A stretch of 64,000 bases of DNA, taken from positions 49,172,401 to 49,236,400 of the forward strand of contig CM120641.1 of assembly GCA_051362555.1 (NCBI GenBank). The letters run 5' to 3'. Positions 25,440 to 38,400 of the stretch are shown one piece after another. The notes beneath the pieces are model-generated. The model had not been told where the DNA came from. It ran no database searches and saw only the letters and a program-made list of their open reading frames with translations. The DNA is from Lingula anatina (taxonomy: Eukaryota; Animalia; Brachiopoda). The position numbers and the translations under genes were made by a program. Each line of letters opens with the position of its first letter. The first letter of the stretch is position 1.

Positions 25440-25693
25440 GGGTGACGACGTGAAAATATCATCATAGTCAATTCTACTGGTAACAGCGTCCAGCCATCGC
25501 CTCTACTTCCGGTCAGACGACAGCGTTTATCTTCCGGGTATCACATGGTCAGTTGACAGGAGAGGTGTTCTGATGGCATATTACTTCTTTTATTGAGGAT
25601 ATCTTATTTACTAGCAATTGCTCGATCCTTGATCCTTGATTAGCTGCAACTTGCAATAGTTCCGCTCTACCAGTTTGGCAAAGGGATATACAG
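25440..25693 (+). promoter_or_regulatory. Putative promoter and non-coding first exon of SLC46 paralog 2
   Basis: CpG-containing patch with ETS-type ACTTCCGG/CTTCCGG and a GACGTGA motif, then a strong donor CAG|GTAAGA at 25694. An acceptor TTTTCAG ends at 29474, 10 nt before the ATG. Confidence 0.4.
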
Positions 25694-26850
25694 GTAAGAT
25701 ATTCTTCTGAGCTAATAAATAATAAATAATAATAAATAAATAAACAAAAAATTAATTAATTAATAAAGTAAGTAATCAAAAATACCAGAATTTTAAAACA
25801 AAATGGTCAAAATGAATCTTGGTGGTATCTTGATTTAAGTATCGCGTTAGTGACGGTCTTGTGACCGCATTGTTATCAGTGGTGGCTACTGGCCTGTTAC
25901 GTGGAGTAAATATCGTAGATAGGATCCATCATGTAGCACAAACTTTCTGTCTCACCATAGCTTCATGACAGTCCTTATGTATTGGTGGTAGCTGTCATAT
26001 CTGACTAGTTAAAGTACTGCTCTGCTCACTGCGGTACGTCACATTCTATACAAAATGTCACATACTCCATTGAAACAGTACTAGTAAGAGGAAATTAAAA
26101 ACATGGAATACACTTTACACTTTTGTGTAGCAAAAAGTTAACTTTCCTGCATAAAAAGTTTATTTCTTTAATTGCCAAGAGTTTAACTTCTAAGAAAAAA
26201 TACTGTTCGTCACTATAAGGGTAAACCATCCTCCTCCCTTTTCTGAATTACATCAGCGATAAGCGTCGGAAGCAGGCGGCTGAGTTGAACCCTTCCCCCT
26301 CAAAAATTTTAATTAATAAATAAAACTTGCATACTATTCTGAATAAAGACATAGTTGACATTACAATAAATATATAAATTAAGCACTTAAAATTACTACT
26401 TGTCAAGTAACCCAGTGGCCGGTTATCCTAGAAACCATATCCACTATACATACTATTCAACCGACTTTCCACCATATATATATTTTATCCGTAAACTGTG
26501 GTTAAAAATGCTGATTTATTTGCCAAAAGTTTTCTCCTTTTCAGAAATAGTGCCGACGCTATTGCACTGAACGAAAACGGCCCGAGCTTTTACCCCTATA
26601 CCATAAAAGTTGTTACATTTACGATTTACGGCTTTTATTTCGAAAAATAACATTTTCTAACTTAAGAATAACTGAACGGGTTTTGTTTCTAGTATTGTTA
26701 AGTTTGCACCATTACAGAAGTATTTGAAGTTATTTGCATCAAACCTCGACCAAATGCCACCATATAGATATGATTTTTTTAGAGAAATACCAAAGGACAT
26801 ATTTTCCGAAAAATGATATTTGAACGGACATTTTCTGCTTTCTTTCTGTG

Positions 26851-26902
<52 letters not shown>

Positions 26903-27963
26903 CAACTCTTTGTCGTTTGAGGCAACTCATTTGAATAAGTATATTATTGCGCAGGCAGCTACATCCATACATAGACTGCTGATTATATTGCACGCAATAC
27001 TATGTCATTAAGCGTACTTTTACGAGGTAGAAGGATTGATAAATAGACAATACACTTTTAAAGCTATGTTTTGGTTTAACAAAAGATTCATTTGGTTTAT
27101 GAATTGGCATGTGGACTTTATTTTAGTCGTATGAGAAACTAGTAGAAGTGGCATCCTGAGAATATGCGTTACTGAGAATCTACACTCGCTTCAGTTGGAA
27201 CTTAAACACCATACTTTCATACCCGTTCACTGGCCACGGTTTGATACACCATGTGACATGGTAGTAGAGTGATTCATCAGGAAGTGTTCTGGTCTTTTCA
27301 GTAGGGTAGGGTTAATAATAGATTTCTTTGGAAAATTCTAGAGGAACAAGTGTTTTTTAGACAAAATGGGTCAAACAGTCCATTTCTGGTGAGAAATCTG
27401 AGCTATAAATATTATTTAGGTCAGTAAATCCAGTTTTGGAAAGACAAAATATGTGTAACTATATACAGTACATGTATATGATGGTACCTAAGTTGAATAG
27501 GGTGAATCTCAAATGTTTGATTAACAGGTGGTTTCTATGGCAGAAATTGATGCTTAACACACATCAGACAACTTTTTTCACAACAATCATTTAGGTTAGA
27601 AAAATGACAATTTTCATAATGGCAGACAAAACGACCAAACAAGTCTCATCGCCAACAATTGAAGGCACCATAGATAGGAATATGCCTTTTCTCGTGGATG
27701 TAGGATTATAAAATCCATTTCTCTTAGGTTAGCAATTCCATTTCAAATAGTTTGTTTAACTTGTATGCTGATACTTAACTGCCAAGCTTGACGGAAGAGC
27801 ATCTCAGTCAGTCAAAACCAGGAGTGACAAGACCTCTCACGTTCTGCTGGATGTAATATTTTCCCTCTTTTTGTCGTATAAGAAACTAGTAGAAGTGGTT
27901 TACATGTGTTACTGGGAATCCACGCTCCACCAATGCTCGGGTTTTTATGTACCTTTAGTTGTA

Positions 27964-29350
27964 CACACACTGGACAAAAGAAGTGTCACCCCCTAACTCA
28001 GAGTAATAAAAGTAGGCAGATCTTGGGTACTTATAATGCCTGGTCTACTTATAATGTGACTAATGAGTATAAAACCGCTATACCATGGAATTGTATTGTT
28101 GGTCTTGTACATGTACAGCAAATGTTATTCCTGTCTTCCTCCAATATGGCAAGATACAGTCAATTATCTAACGGTTATAGGTGCAAGTTATTAACCTGAA
28201 GAGGCGGAATATAAGCAATGTCAGAATATCGATACAATTGAATTGTTCAGTCAGAACCGTGCAGAGGGTCTGATCTCGGTATAGAAACGCTGGATCAAGA
28301 GACAAATTGCCTCTGATGGGTCGTCCAAGAAAAAATACTGGCCGTGAAGACCGACGACTGATTTTGATGTCCAGGTTGTCAAAGTTCGACACTGCTTGTC
28401 AGTTGACAACACAGTGGAACAATTTCACACATAAGAATGTGTCTGTGAAAATTGCTAGGCGTCGGTTACATGCTCAGAGAGTGTACAACAGGGTAACAAG
28501 ACTGAAACCTCTTATATCGTTACAAAACAGGCAACGTAGAGTAAACTAGGGTCAACAGGATCTGGAACTGGACAGTTCATGACAATTGGTCCTATATATT
28601 TTTTTCTGATGAGTGTCGCTTTGTTCTGACCTCTGATGACAGACGGGTACTATGCTGGCAAACTGCTGGTAAAGCATTTGAACCACATGCACTTAATTTT
28701 CGAACCCGGAGCAGCATATTCGTCATGGTGTGGGGCTGCATCAGCATCCATGGCTTGGGCGAATTGATAGTGGTTGATGGAAACATGAATCACTAGAAAT
28801 ATATCGATGTTTTGGAGTCAGGCTTGCTACCATCTATTACTAACATGTTTGGTGACAGGAATTATCCATTTGTTCACCAGGATGACAATGCTCCTTGTCA
28901 CAGGCCCAGAGCAGTTGATGATTGGTTTGACCAACAAGACATTCGCAGGGTGATGTGGCCTGCCCAGAGTCCGGATGCAAACATAATAGAAAATGTGTGG
29001 AATGATATGTCAAAACTTTTTACAAATGCCCGTCTAACCAGCAGAGAAACTCTGTTATATTCAGTGTTTCATGCTTGGGACAGCATTAGCCCTGAACGCA
29101 TCAGACAATTATATGAAACCTTGCTTCGTAGACTGGCACCTATTATTAGGTCACGTGGCTATGCCACTAAGTGCTAATTTTGGACTTGAAACTGCATATT
29201 TTGGTAGAATGTATATTTTGTTCTCATTTTGTGATTTTTTGTGAAATTTGATGTTAATAAAATGATACCAGGAGCATATCATTCCGCAGTCATTTATCTC
29301 CCCCATAGTATTGGCTCAGTAGGGGTGACACTTCTTTTGTCCAGTGTGTG
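27964..29350 (+). mobile_element. Tc1-family DNA transposon (DD34E), full length but inactivated
   Basis: TIRs CACACACTGGACAAAAGAAGTGTCACCCC / GGGGTGACACTTCTTTTGTCCAGTGTGTG flanked by TA on both sides. Confidence 0.95.
28146..29177 (+). pseudogene. Tc1 transposase pseudogene
   Basis: GRPRK, FSDE, VMVWGCI, QDDNAPCH and WPAQSPDANIIENVW (34 residues between D and E); broken by frameshifts and stops (e.g. TAG 28547-28549). Confidence 0.92.
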
Positions 29351-29484
29351 TAGATACATTTTAACTAATTTGTCTGAATTTATATGCTAATCACATTCAA
29401 ACTAAAACTACAATCAATGGTTCACTACAACCTGTTATAAAACATTTTTGAGATTCCCCCTACCCTATTTTCAGTGAAGCAGCG

Positions 29485-32400
29485 ATGTCTTTACGACAAT
29501 GGTGGGATGAGCACAAACACGAGCCTCGTCTGATCGTCTCCGTGGAACCTGCCATCTTCTTCTTCATGCTGTCGTTGTTCATCACCCTGCCCAGTGTCCA
29601 GGCACTCTTCATACAGAAGGTGTGTCTCAGAGAGTTTCACTCCGAGATGGTCTGTCATAACCTGACCAACAACCCAGAGAAGATGGACTACGTCCAGAGC
29701 AAGGTGTCCAGGTGGGTATTGCTGAACACCTGTTCTGAGACGTTCCCATCTATGATTACAGCTGTCTTCATGGGGTCTTGGGGGGACAACGTCAACCGGA
29801 AGATACCGATCGTCGTACCAGCCGTGGGGGGTCTGCTGATGATGGGAAACCTGGTCTTGAACTCGTTCTACATGAACTGGCACCCGGCCTTTATTCTGAT
29901 CAGTAACTTCGTGTACGGCGTTCTAGGGGGTTTCGCCTCGTTCTTAATGGCGGTGTTCAGCTATGTGTCTGTGATCTCAGGTGGTGAAAAGGAACGCTTA
30001 ATACGCATCAGTATTTGTGAGGGGTTGATGCAGCTGAGCGGCGCTGTGGGGTTTGCTCTCTCTGGACTCCTTGTCAAATACACGGGGTTTACCTACACCT
30101 TTGTCTTCACAATGGCCTCGATGGGCGTGGCGCTTTTGTATTCTTTTCTATGGATAAAGAACCCACCGCCAGTAGGTGGCAGAGGTGTAGGTACAGAAGA
30201 ACCCAGATCTCTGTGTGCTAGGCTGTTTGACTGCAAACATTTTGTCGCCGCCGTGAAGTGTTACTTCGTGAGGCGGGAAGGGTACAAACGACTGGTCCTC
30301 TGGCTGTCCCTGGTCGCCTTCATGATAGGAATGATCACCATAGGCGGTAAGACAACATACAATTCATGGATTTAGACTTATGAAATAATAAAAAGAGATT
30401 TCAACAAAATATAAATTAATTTTTTATTCACATTATGCTGATAACCAGCATACAGGGCTCAGTTTTTCATTATATCTCAGATTTGAATGAAATTAAAATA
30501 TTTAGATAAAAATGAATGAAACGCACATTTTAATATCAAATTATTTGCGTCTGTTCAGGTGGAGCGGACGTCTGTCTTCTGTACCTAAACTACACAATCC
30601 CTGGCTGGAACCTGGTCCTGTACGGTGTCTACAATGCTCTCAGGATGATTCTGATGACGATCTTCTTACTCTTCATCCTGCCAGTGATTAAAAGGTTCTT
30701 CCCCATTCAAGACACAACAGTGGGTATAATAGGACTTGTCAGTAACACAGCTGGGCAACTGTTACTGGCTTTCTGCAAAACAATATGGATGGTTATGTTG
30801 GGTGAGTGTTGACTGAATGCACAGCCATTTACTACAAACATCAATACCGGGGTTTGCTGAATGCGATCTCCTCTCTCCCTCTGTTTCTGGTGGATGACAT
30901 CTTTTAAATCACTTTGTCACACCTGTCGCAATATACCACCCGACAAAATTCGTTAACAGACTTTTGTTACACTTAACACAATGCCCTTAACAGTCTATAT
31001 TGTCACATCTGACACAATATCTAAAGCAGTCATTTGTCTCACCTATTCATATCACAATATTCTCAGCAGCATTTTGTCTCACCAGACCCAATCTTCTCTG
31101 GAATCTTATGTCTCACCTAACACAATATTCTCAGCAGCATTTTGTCTCACCAGACCCAATCTTCTCAGGAATCTTTTGTCACACCTAACACAATCTTCTC
31201 AGCAATCTTTTTTAAACAAAAACATTCAACTAAAACTGTTACTACACCACAGATTTAACGACATCTTTATTTCCTTACTTCCAGTCCCTGTTGTTAACAT
31301 GCTGGCAGGCGCGGGGTCTACTGCTTTGAGGGCCATCATTGCTAAAATGGTCAGCGTGAACGAACAAGGTACCTAATTAATTATAAGTAACATTTAAACA
31401 GGCATAAGTGTTAGTCTCTGTTTAAATTTTGTTTTTGTTTAACCAGGATACGTACAACTAAATTATGTTTCATGGAGTTTATCACTTTTGGCCAGTTTTG
31501 GGTAAAGAATTGAATAAAAAACACATAGTCAGGCGGTTAAGTCCAAATTATATCCAGAATTGTGCAAAAGTTGATAAAAGCATGAAACTTTCCACGATGA
31601 ATGACCCTTAGGTGTTTGTCAATTTTGGATCGGGGGGCAACTCCAAAATTAACAAGTACCCGGATGAGACGCTTTCTTAAATATGCTGACTCAGCATTTT
31701 ATGTACATACAGATTTCATCAAAACGAGCACTAACAGTACTAATTATGATATCATAAATAGATTTAAAAGGCGTACGCTCGCTGTGCACATCTATGAGGG
31801 CAATGATGACGTCACGATGACGTCACTGGGTGATATTGCACAATTTAGAATGACAAATATCCACTTTCTCCTACAGGAACAATAGTCGAACTCTGTAATG
31901 TTTTTTCCGTAATTTTTTATTACGGAAGTGCATCCTTTAGGGTTAGAAAGGTAAAATTAGCTTGATTGCAACTTCCGAGACATTGAGCATTTTCAATATG
32001 GCCGTCAATTTTTGAGAAAAAACAGAAAAACAACCAGAAGTCGACGGATGTACTTTATTTGTGGCTGTTGTAGGGCACAAGAGTACATCCTAGCACGTCG
32101 TTGTTACTGATAAAAAACAAAATGGCCGCCAAAACATAGGGTAGAGGCAGAGGGTAAAGTAAATCAGCAAAATCAGCATATTTCTAGTATCATCAGTCTA
32201 ATTAACGGCATCTTCTTCTTTGATTTTTCCGTTCATCGTGATTTTTCGTTAGCTTTTATCCTACACTACCATTATCTGCTTGTTTAATATTCAACTTATG
32301 TGTGGTGAGGGCGTAAGCCCTCCAAGTAGTCAGGTTACCAATCTAATTGGTCCCATAGTTGAACAACACTATGTTGTTTTCTGTAATTGTTTGAAAACGA

Positions 32401-35400
32401 AATGCCCCTTTTTTGGTCAGAAAAGTCAACTTAGCTTGGCTTTACTAACTTCTGGGACATTGGCACTTTTCATAACCCAAAATGGCTGCCAATTTTTACG
32501 CAAAATTAGATAAGTATTCATAGCAATTTACATCAAACTATATACAGTGCGTAAAGATTCTTCATTTTAAAGTCTATTTGCATGTTAACAAATACAGAGA
32601 TGGTGTTTATAAGGATTTTCTTTCACATAATCTGCAAGTCATTTTAATAGAAATAGCAAAATAGCCACCAAAACGGCACGGAAAAGGCAGGTAAAAAGAT
32701 GGTAAATTATGTTTTTCAGCTGAAAAAGATTTTAAACGAATGAAATCTGCATAAACATTGTATGTCAGTAAAATAATACGCCTGTGGTCAATGCAGGCAA
32801 CATAATAAAACAGATTGGTTAACTAGATGTTACAAAGAGGAAAGGAAATATGTTCGTCAAATTTCTTCTTCCGTTAACCAGCCAGTCATCTCTGATATGT
32901 CAGCAGCAGCCCCTTAATGTTTGAAAAATACTGACCAATGCTAGGCATTTTCAACTTAAATTAGATTTTTTAGCAAGCTTGCCATTAAATTATGAAAGCT
33001 AAAACCTATCAGACCTTCAAGCAGCACCTGACAGCGCTGACAGAGGAGAAGGTAATTTTCATATTCAATCAAGTACGGATTTCGTTTGCGGGAGATCGTC
33101 GGCGGTAGGTGATTCGCCATCGGAGCAAGATGCGAAGCCAATTTACGAATCTTCAGAGGGAGATCGTTTGCAATCCAAGCGAGGCGAGACGGCAATTTTC
33201 ATATTGGTTCAAGGGATTTTGTTCGCGGAAGATTGGCAGCGGTCGGACCCAGACGCCAAGGCAATTTTCATACCTTTAGCAGGAGGTTGTTTTCGATCCG
33301 AGGGAGACGAGAAAGCAATTTTCATATCCGTGCAAAGGACTTCGTCAGCGGCAGATCGTCAGCGGGCGATGGCTTCGTTTCCTTCTACCTTTGGTGGGTT
33401 AAGGGGGCATAACAATAGCAAAGGTGTTTAAAACTATTGTAATTCACAAATTTGAAGTTGTGCTTCTTTATTCTGACCACATGGGTGCTAAAAATCCTAG
33501 GAATATGTCCCGACATCGTGTCTATCTCCAAGAAAAGCCACACGGAAGGCGTGCTGCAATTGCACTGAGACTGAACGGACTCGGTATGATCACTTTCACC
33601 CGACAAAACGAATTTTCCCTACATATCCTTTAGTCTGGGTCCCAATCCAACATACGGGCTTCTACCTCTGGTCTACGGCCAAAAAATTGATGTCAAGTTG
33701 TAAAAATGCCTAAAAAGACAGCAAAGAGCAAGAGGGAAGAGGGGGATCGGGGACAAGCAAAGTATGATTGGGCTCACCATCTTTGAACACTGCTGCGGAT
33801 ATAATAACCTTCTCAAACATGCTCCTGTTTTTATACCTCCCCCAAAACATCTCAACACGTAAGATTCCCTTCCAAAGGACGAGCAACAACCAAGGCTGCC
33901 CTACGTCTACTTGCGTTGCCCTTGCGTTGCCTGTACTCCTTGTACGCATAACGTACGTAGTGCACGATGCGGGACACGTGCTAAAGCCCGTCGGGCGCAG
34001 AGATACTTCTGACGTGCGGAGGCTGAGCTTCTCAGGTACTGTCCCCGCACTTTCTTCTTGCGCACTAATTACAATCACCAGTTACTTGATTTCTTCCCTG
34101 CGATCTAGCTACGGCCCAGCCAAAAAACCGTACGTCCTGAAAATCGTGCGTGGAGTTGGGACCCAGGCTTAAGCTCATATAAAGCCTAGGTCCCAACCGA
34201 AAGTACGGGCTGCTACGTGTGGTCTACGGCCAAAAAATGGGCAAAACATGGGAGTTCGTGCGTGAGGAGCACGTCCATCTTGCGACTTTTGGAGGACGCA
34301 AACAGCACGTAGAAACTTTTCGACATAATCAACAGCCGCTACGTGCGATCTAGCTACGTCCTAGCAGGACGCAAGGAACCTAAATACCGTGCGTCCAAAT
34401 CGTAGTTGGGACCTAGTCTTTAGCGACAAGACACGGCACAAGCATGTACTGTAGAGGTAATTGCCGTTGCCCGTAGCCAATTACGATGTCATAAAAATCC
34501 CACGGAAAACGTGTACGAGTTCATTGTACGGCGTCCGTAGCAAATGTCATTTAGACTTTGGCGATCCAAACGAGATGAAGAGGCAATTTTCATATCGTCA
34601 GCGGAATATCGGTAGCGATCCGAGCGAGACGAGAAGGTAATTTTCATATTTGTTTTAGGGACTTCGTCAGCAGAAGATCGTCAGCGGGAGATAGTTATTG
34701 ATCCGAGCAAAAAGAGAAGGCAATTTGAATATTTGTTCAAGGGCCTCATTAGTGGAAGATCGTCAGCGGGAGACCCGGTGGTTAGGATGCGTTCATTCGC
34801 AACTGAGTGAAATATGCTAATGTCTAGCCCTGCAAGAGCAAAATTTATTCACATGGTTGAGATGGTAACAACTGACTACTGAATGCTTATTTTGCATTAA
34901 AACGTGCTCTAGCAGTTCAGACTCCCACCAAAAAGAAATTGCCAAAATAACTCCGTAATTGATTTTTAAAATATTTTTTATACTATTTTTTAAATATTTT
35001 TATTTATACCCCCTCCTTTGAAAATTATTCTTTCTTTTTTTTTCATTTCATTCCTTTTATTTTTGAGTGTCAAACAAGCTGATAATGATAGGTAAGGATC
35101 ATGGCTAATTAAAAATCCAAATGAACAGAAAAATCGAAGGCATAAAAAGTTTTAATTAGACTAATTATACAAGTTATAGACTGATTATACTGCTATACTT
35201 CATCCTCTGCTGTATGCGTTGGTGGCCATTTTTTTTTTCAATAACAGAAACATGCTACCCAGACAGCCTCAGTAATCTGGCCCACGTCTGGCCCAGATCT
35301 GGCAACGTCTGGCAATATCTGGGCCAGATTTTGCCAGACACTTGCCAGATCTGGGCCAAGTCTGGCAAAGTCTGGCATTTATGCCACATTTTGCCAGACA

Positions 35401-38400
35401 CTTGCCAGATCTGGGCCAAGTCTGGCAAAGTCTGGCATTTATGCCACATTTTGCCAGATGCTGCCCAGACTTGGGCCAGATATGGTACTTTCATTTTCAA
35501 TTTTTATTTTCTATTTATTTATTTTTTATTCGACCAGTGAGCTGAATGCATTGAACTGACGTCATTTGATAAATTTTGATTTAATTTATCTCTCTCTCTT
35601 TTCTTCAAAGTCCCCTCATAAGTGTGCTATTTGTTTAATTTGACTTGACATTTGAATGAATTCACTGTTCTAAAACTTTTTTGAACTACTCGTTCCGCTG
35701 TTGTAAGATTCCGCTTTTTATGCTAAGCCGATCAAAGACCCGGATGTAGCGTTTCTTAGAGTTATGGATATGAAAAAAGCACAAGCGTGTCAAACTGATA
35801 CAATTCGTTGAGTGATTTGATTCGTGATGCGATTTATTTCGAAGGCATCAACACTGGCGACGAGGATTAACACTAGTGCAAAACTGTGAGCCAACTTTCT
35901 TTGAAAAAATGGAGGAAAAATGTGAAATTACGGAATTCGAACCGTACAGAAGTCCGGAGACATTAGGCCTTTAGGGTCACGCTCGACGCGATGGCTAAAA
36001 AAGTTTTAACCTCTTCGCTGACGGAAAAGATTGATCTTTTCAAAACCAACGGACGGCATGAATAATGAACAAAGATAGAAAATTAAAAATACATGACAGA
36101 GGAGACGCGCGCTTATGTTGTATTCAGCAGGGACAGGTGTACAAGATATTTTCAGGACTCTCCCAAACACAGGTTAGAAACATGAATATACATAAGACAG
36201 TTAACGCTTTGAATGAAATTGGAACACCAGAAACTGTGAGTATGATGGAACCGAAGTCATTTGACAAACCAAGCCAGTCTAAACATTATGAGTTTAGACA
36301 TGAAAAACGAAGTAGAAACTCCCTGACTGAGAAAACATGGAACGTTGGATCACTTTGCAAAAGTCTGCAAAACTGAAACTATTATTCATGTAAATGACAG
36401 CTTTGAACATGATAATCCAGGAGTGCATATACATTTGGTGTGGGGACCAATGCAATATACACAGAAGACATGGAGGAAATAGAGGCGGTGTTAATCTCAG
36501 TGTATTACCAGATTCAGGTGCATATTGTAATATCATTGATGAAAATACATGGAGAATGCTGAAATCCAAGAAAAATAAATGTGGCTCTTGTGGAGGACTA
36601 GAAAACAAACAGTATTATTCATACACGTCTGAGAAACCTTTAAAAGTGAAGGGAACATTTGAATGTGACGTAAAGGAAGAGACCAGTAGTAGTGAAAGGA
36701 CATGGGATTTGATATGAGTTGATAAGTTTTGAGAATTTTCAGTGTGGTTTAAGGAATAAAAGTTGGAGTTCATATGCTATTCTGCAAATGTTTGAAAGGA
36801 CATTTTAAAGACTGAACTGTCAATAAACATGTTTTGAAAGGAACGTTTCTGTCCAAGAAAGGAAGGGATGTTGTGTTTTGACTTGACATTTGAATGAACT
36901 GTTGTTAACTTGGTAGAGTTACTTGTTCCATATTGTTGATTCCATTAATAATTATAAGCTTGTCAAGGAGCCGGATGTATCATTTCTTAGTGTTATGGAT
37001 TTGAAAAAAAGCGCAAACATTGCAAACTGGTTCAATTCATTGAGTGATTTGATTCATGATGTGATTTAATTCAAAAGCATTGATACTGGGGTTTGTTTTT
37101 GTGCACATGTAATTCTCTTTTAATTGTACATCTATATCTGTGCTGGAGTATACATATTTTTTTTTTCAGAATTTACATGTATGTACAGTACTGTAGCCAG
37201 CATGCAAATTGAATTGAAACAGTTACTGCATGGTTATTTATAATTTTGTTATAACTCACCATCATCTAAAAAAACAATGTTTTTTCATTCATTATTCAAG
37301 ATTTATTCATTACAAAACTATATTCATTAGTGATTATTATTATTAATGATATGTTTGAATTAGTTTAAAAATGACAATGTGTGCAAAAATATTTCCCCCT
37401 CAAACCCCTCCCCCATGTACATGCATAATTAATTACAATTTTTTGTAATTTGTGTTAATTCAGATTCGATGAGCAGCTTTGTGTTGAAAAAAAATTATTG
37501 TTATAACTGTTTTCTTTACATGTATGTAAGTGACATTTCCTCCTGTTAAGTGTCTGTATATTTACCTTTTTGCAGTGTAGTTTTTTTTTTTTTCAAATAT
37601 ACATTGTTTTGTACAAAAAGACAAGGAGTGACCCTTAATTTGTTACATGTTAGTTGCCAGCAAGGTTATATAATGTGTAATAATTTTGTTTAGGGTTTTA
37701 GCACAGAATAAATTCTTGAATCTTGTATGTCTTTTTTATAGTAATCTTATTGAATAATTAAAAATAATTAAAAAAAAGAAAAAAAAAACATTCTGGGCCA
37801 TATGTGGTCCATGTCTGGCCCTAATCTGGCCCATTTGAATATGATCTGGCCCACATCTGGCCCACATCTGGCATGCCATACATTTGCCAGATATTGCCAG
37901 ATCTGGGCCGACATCTGGCCATATGAGCAAATGTGGACTGGGCCAGATGTGGCAATGTCTGGGCCAGATCTGGCCCAAACATTGCCACATCTGGCCCACA
38001 TGTGGCAAGCCATACGTGGGCCATACCTTTTGCCAGACATTGCCAGACGTTGCCAGATCTGGGCCAGACGTGGGCCAGATCACTGAGGCTGTCTGGGTAG
38101 TATGCAGTCATTTATCCTACTGTGTTCTTATGATGGGAAATGTGTTCATAATAGCCACAAATAAATTATATCTGTCAACTCTTGGTTGTTTTTCTATTTT
38201 CTCTAAAAATTGACGGCCATATTGAAAATGCTCAAAGTCTCGGAAGTAGAAACCAAGTCAACTCAACCTTTCTAGCCCTCAAGGATGCATTTCTGTAATG
38301 AATGTTTACAGGAAATATCATTGCAGGGTTCGACTATTTGGCATATGCGAGTGAGTCGATATTTGTCATTTTGTATTGTGCAATATCACCCAGTGACGTC

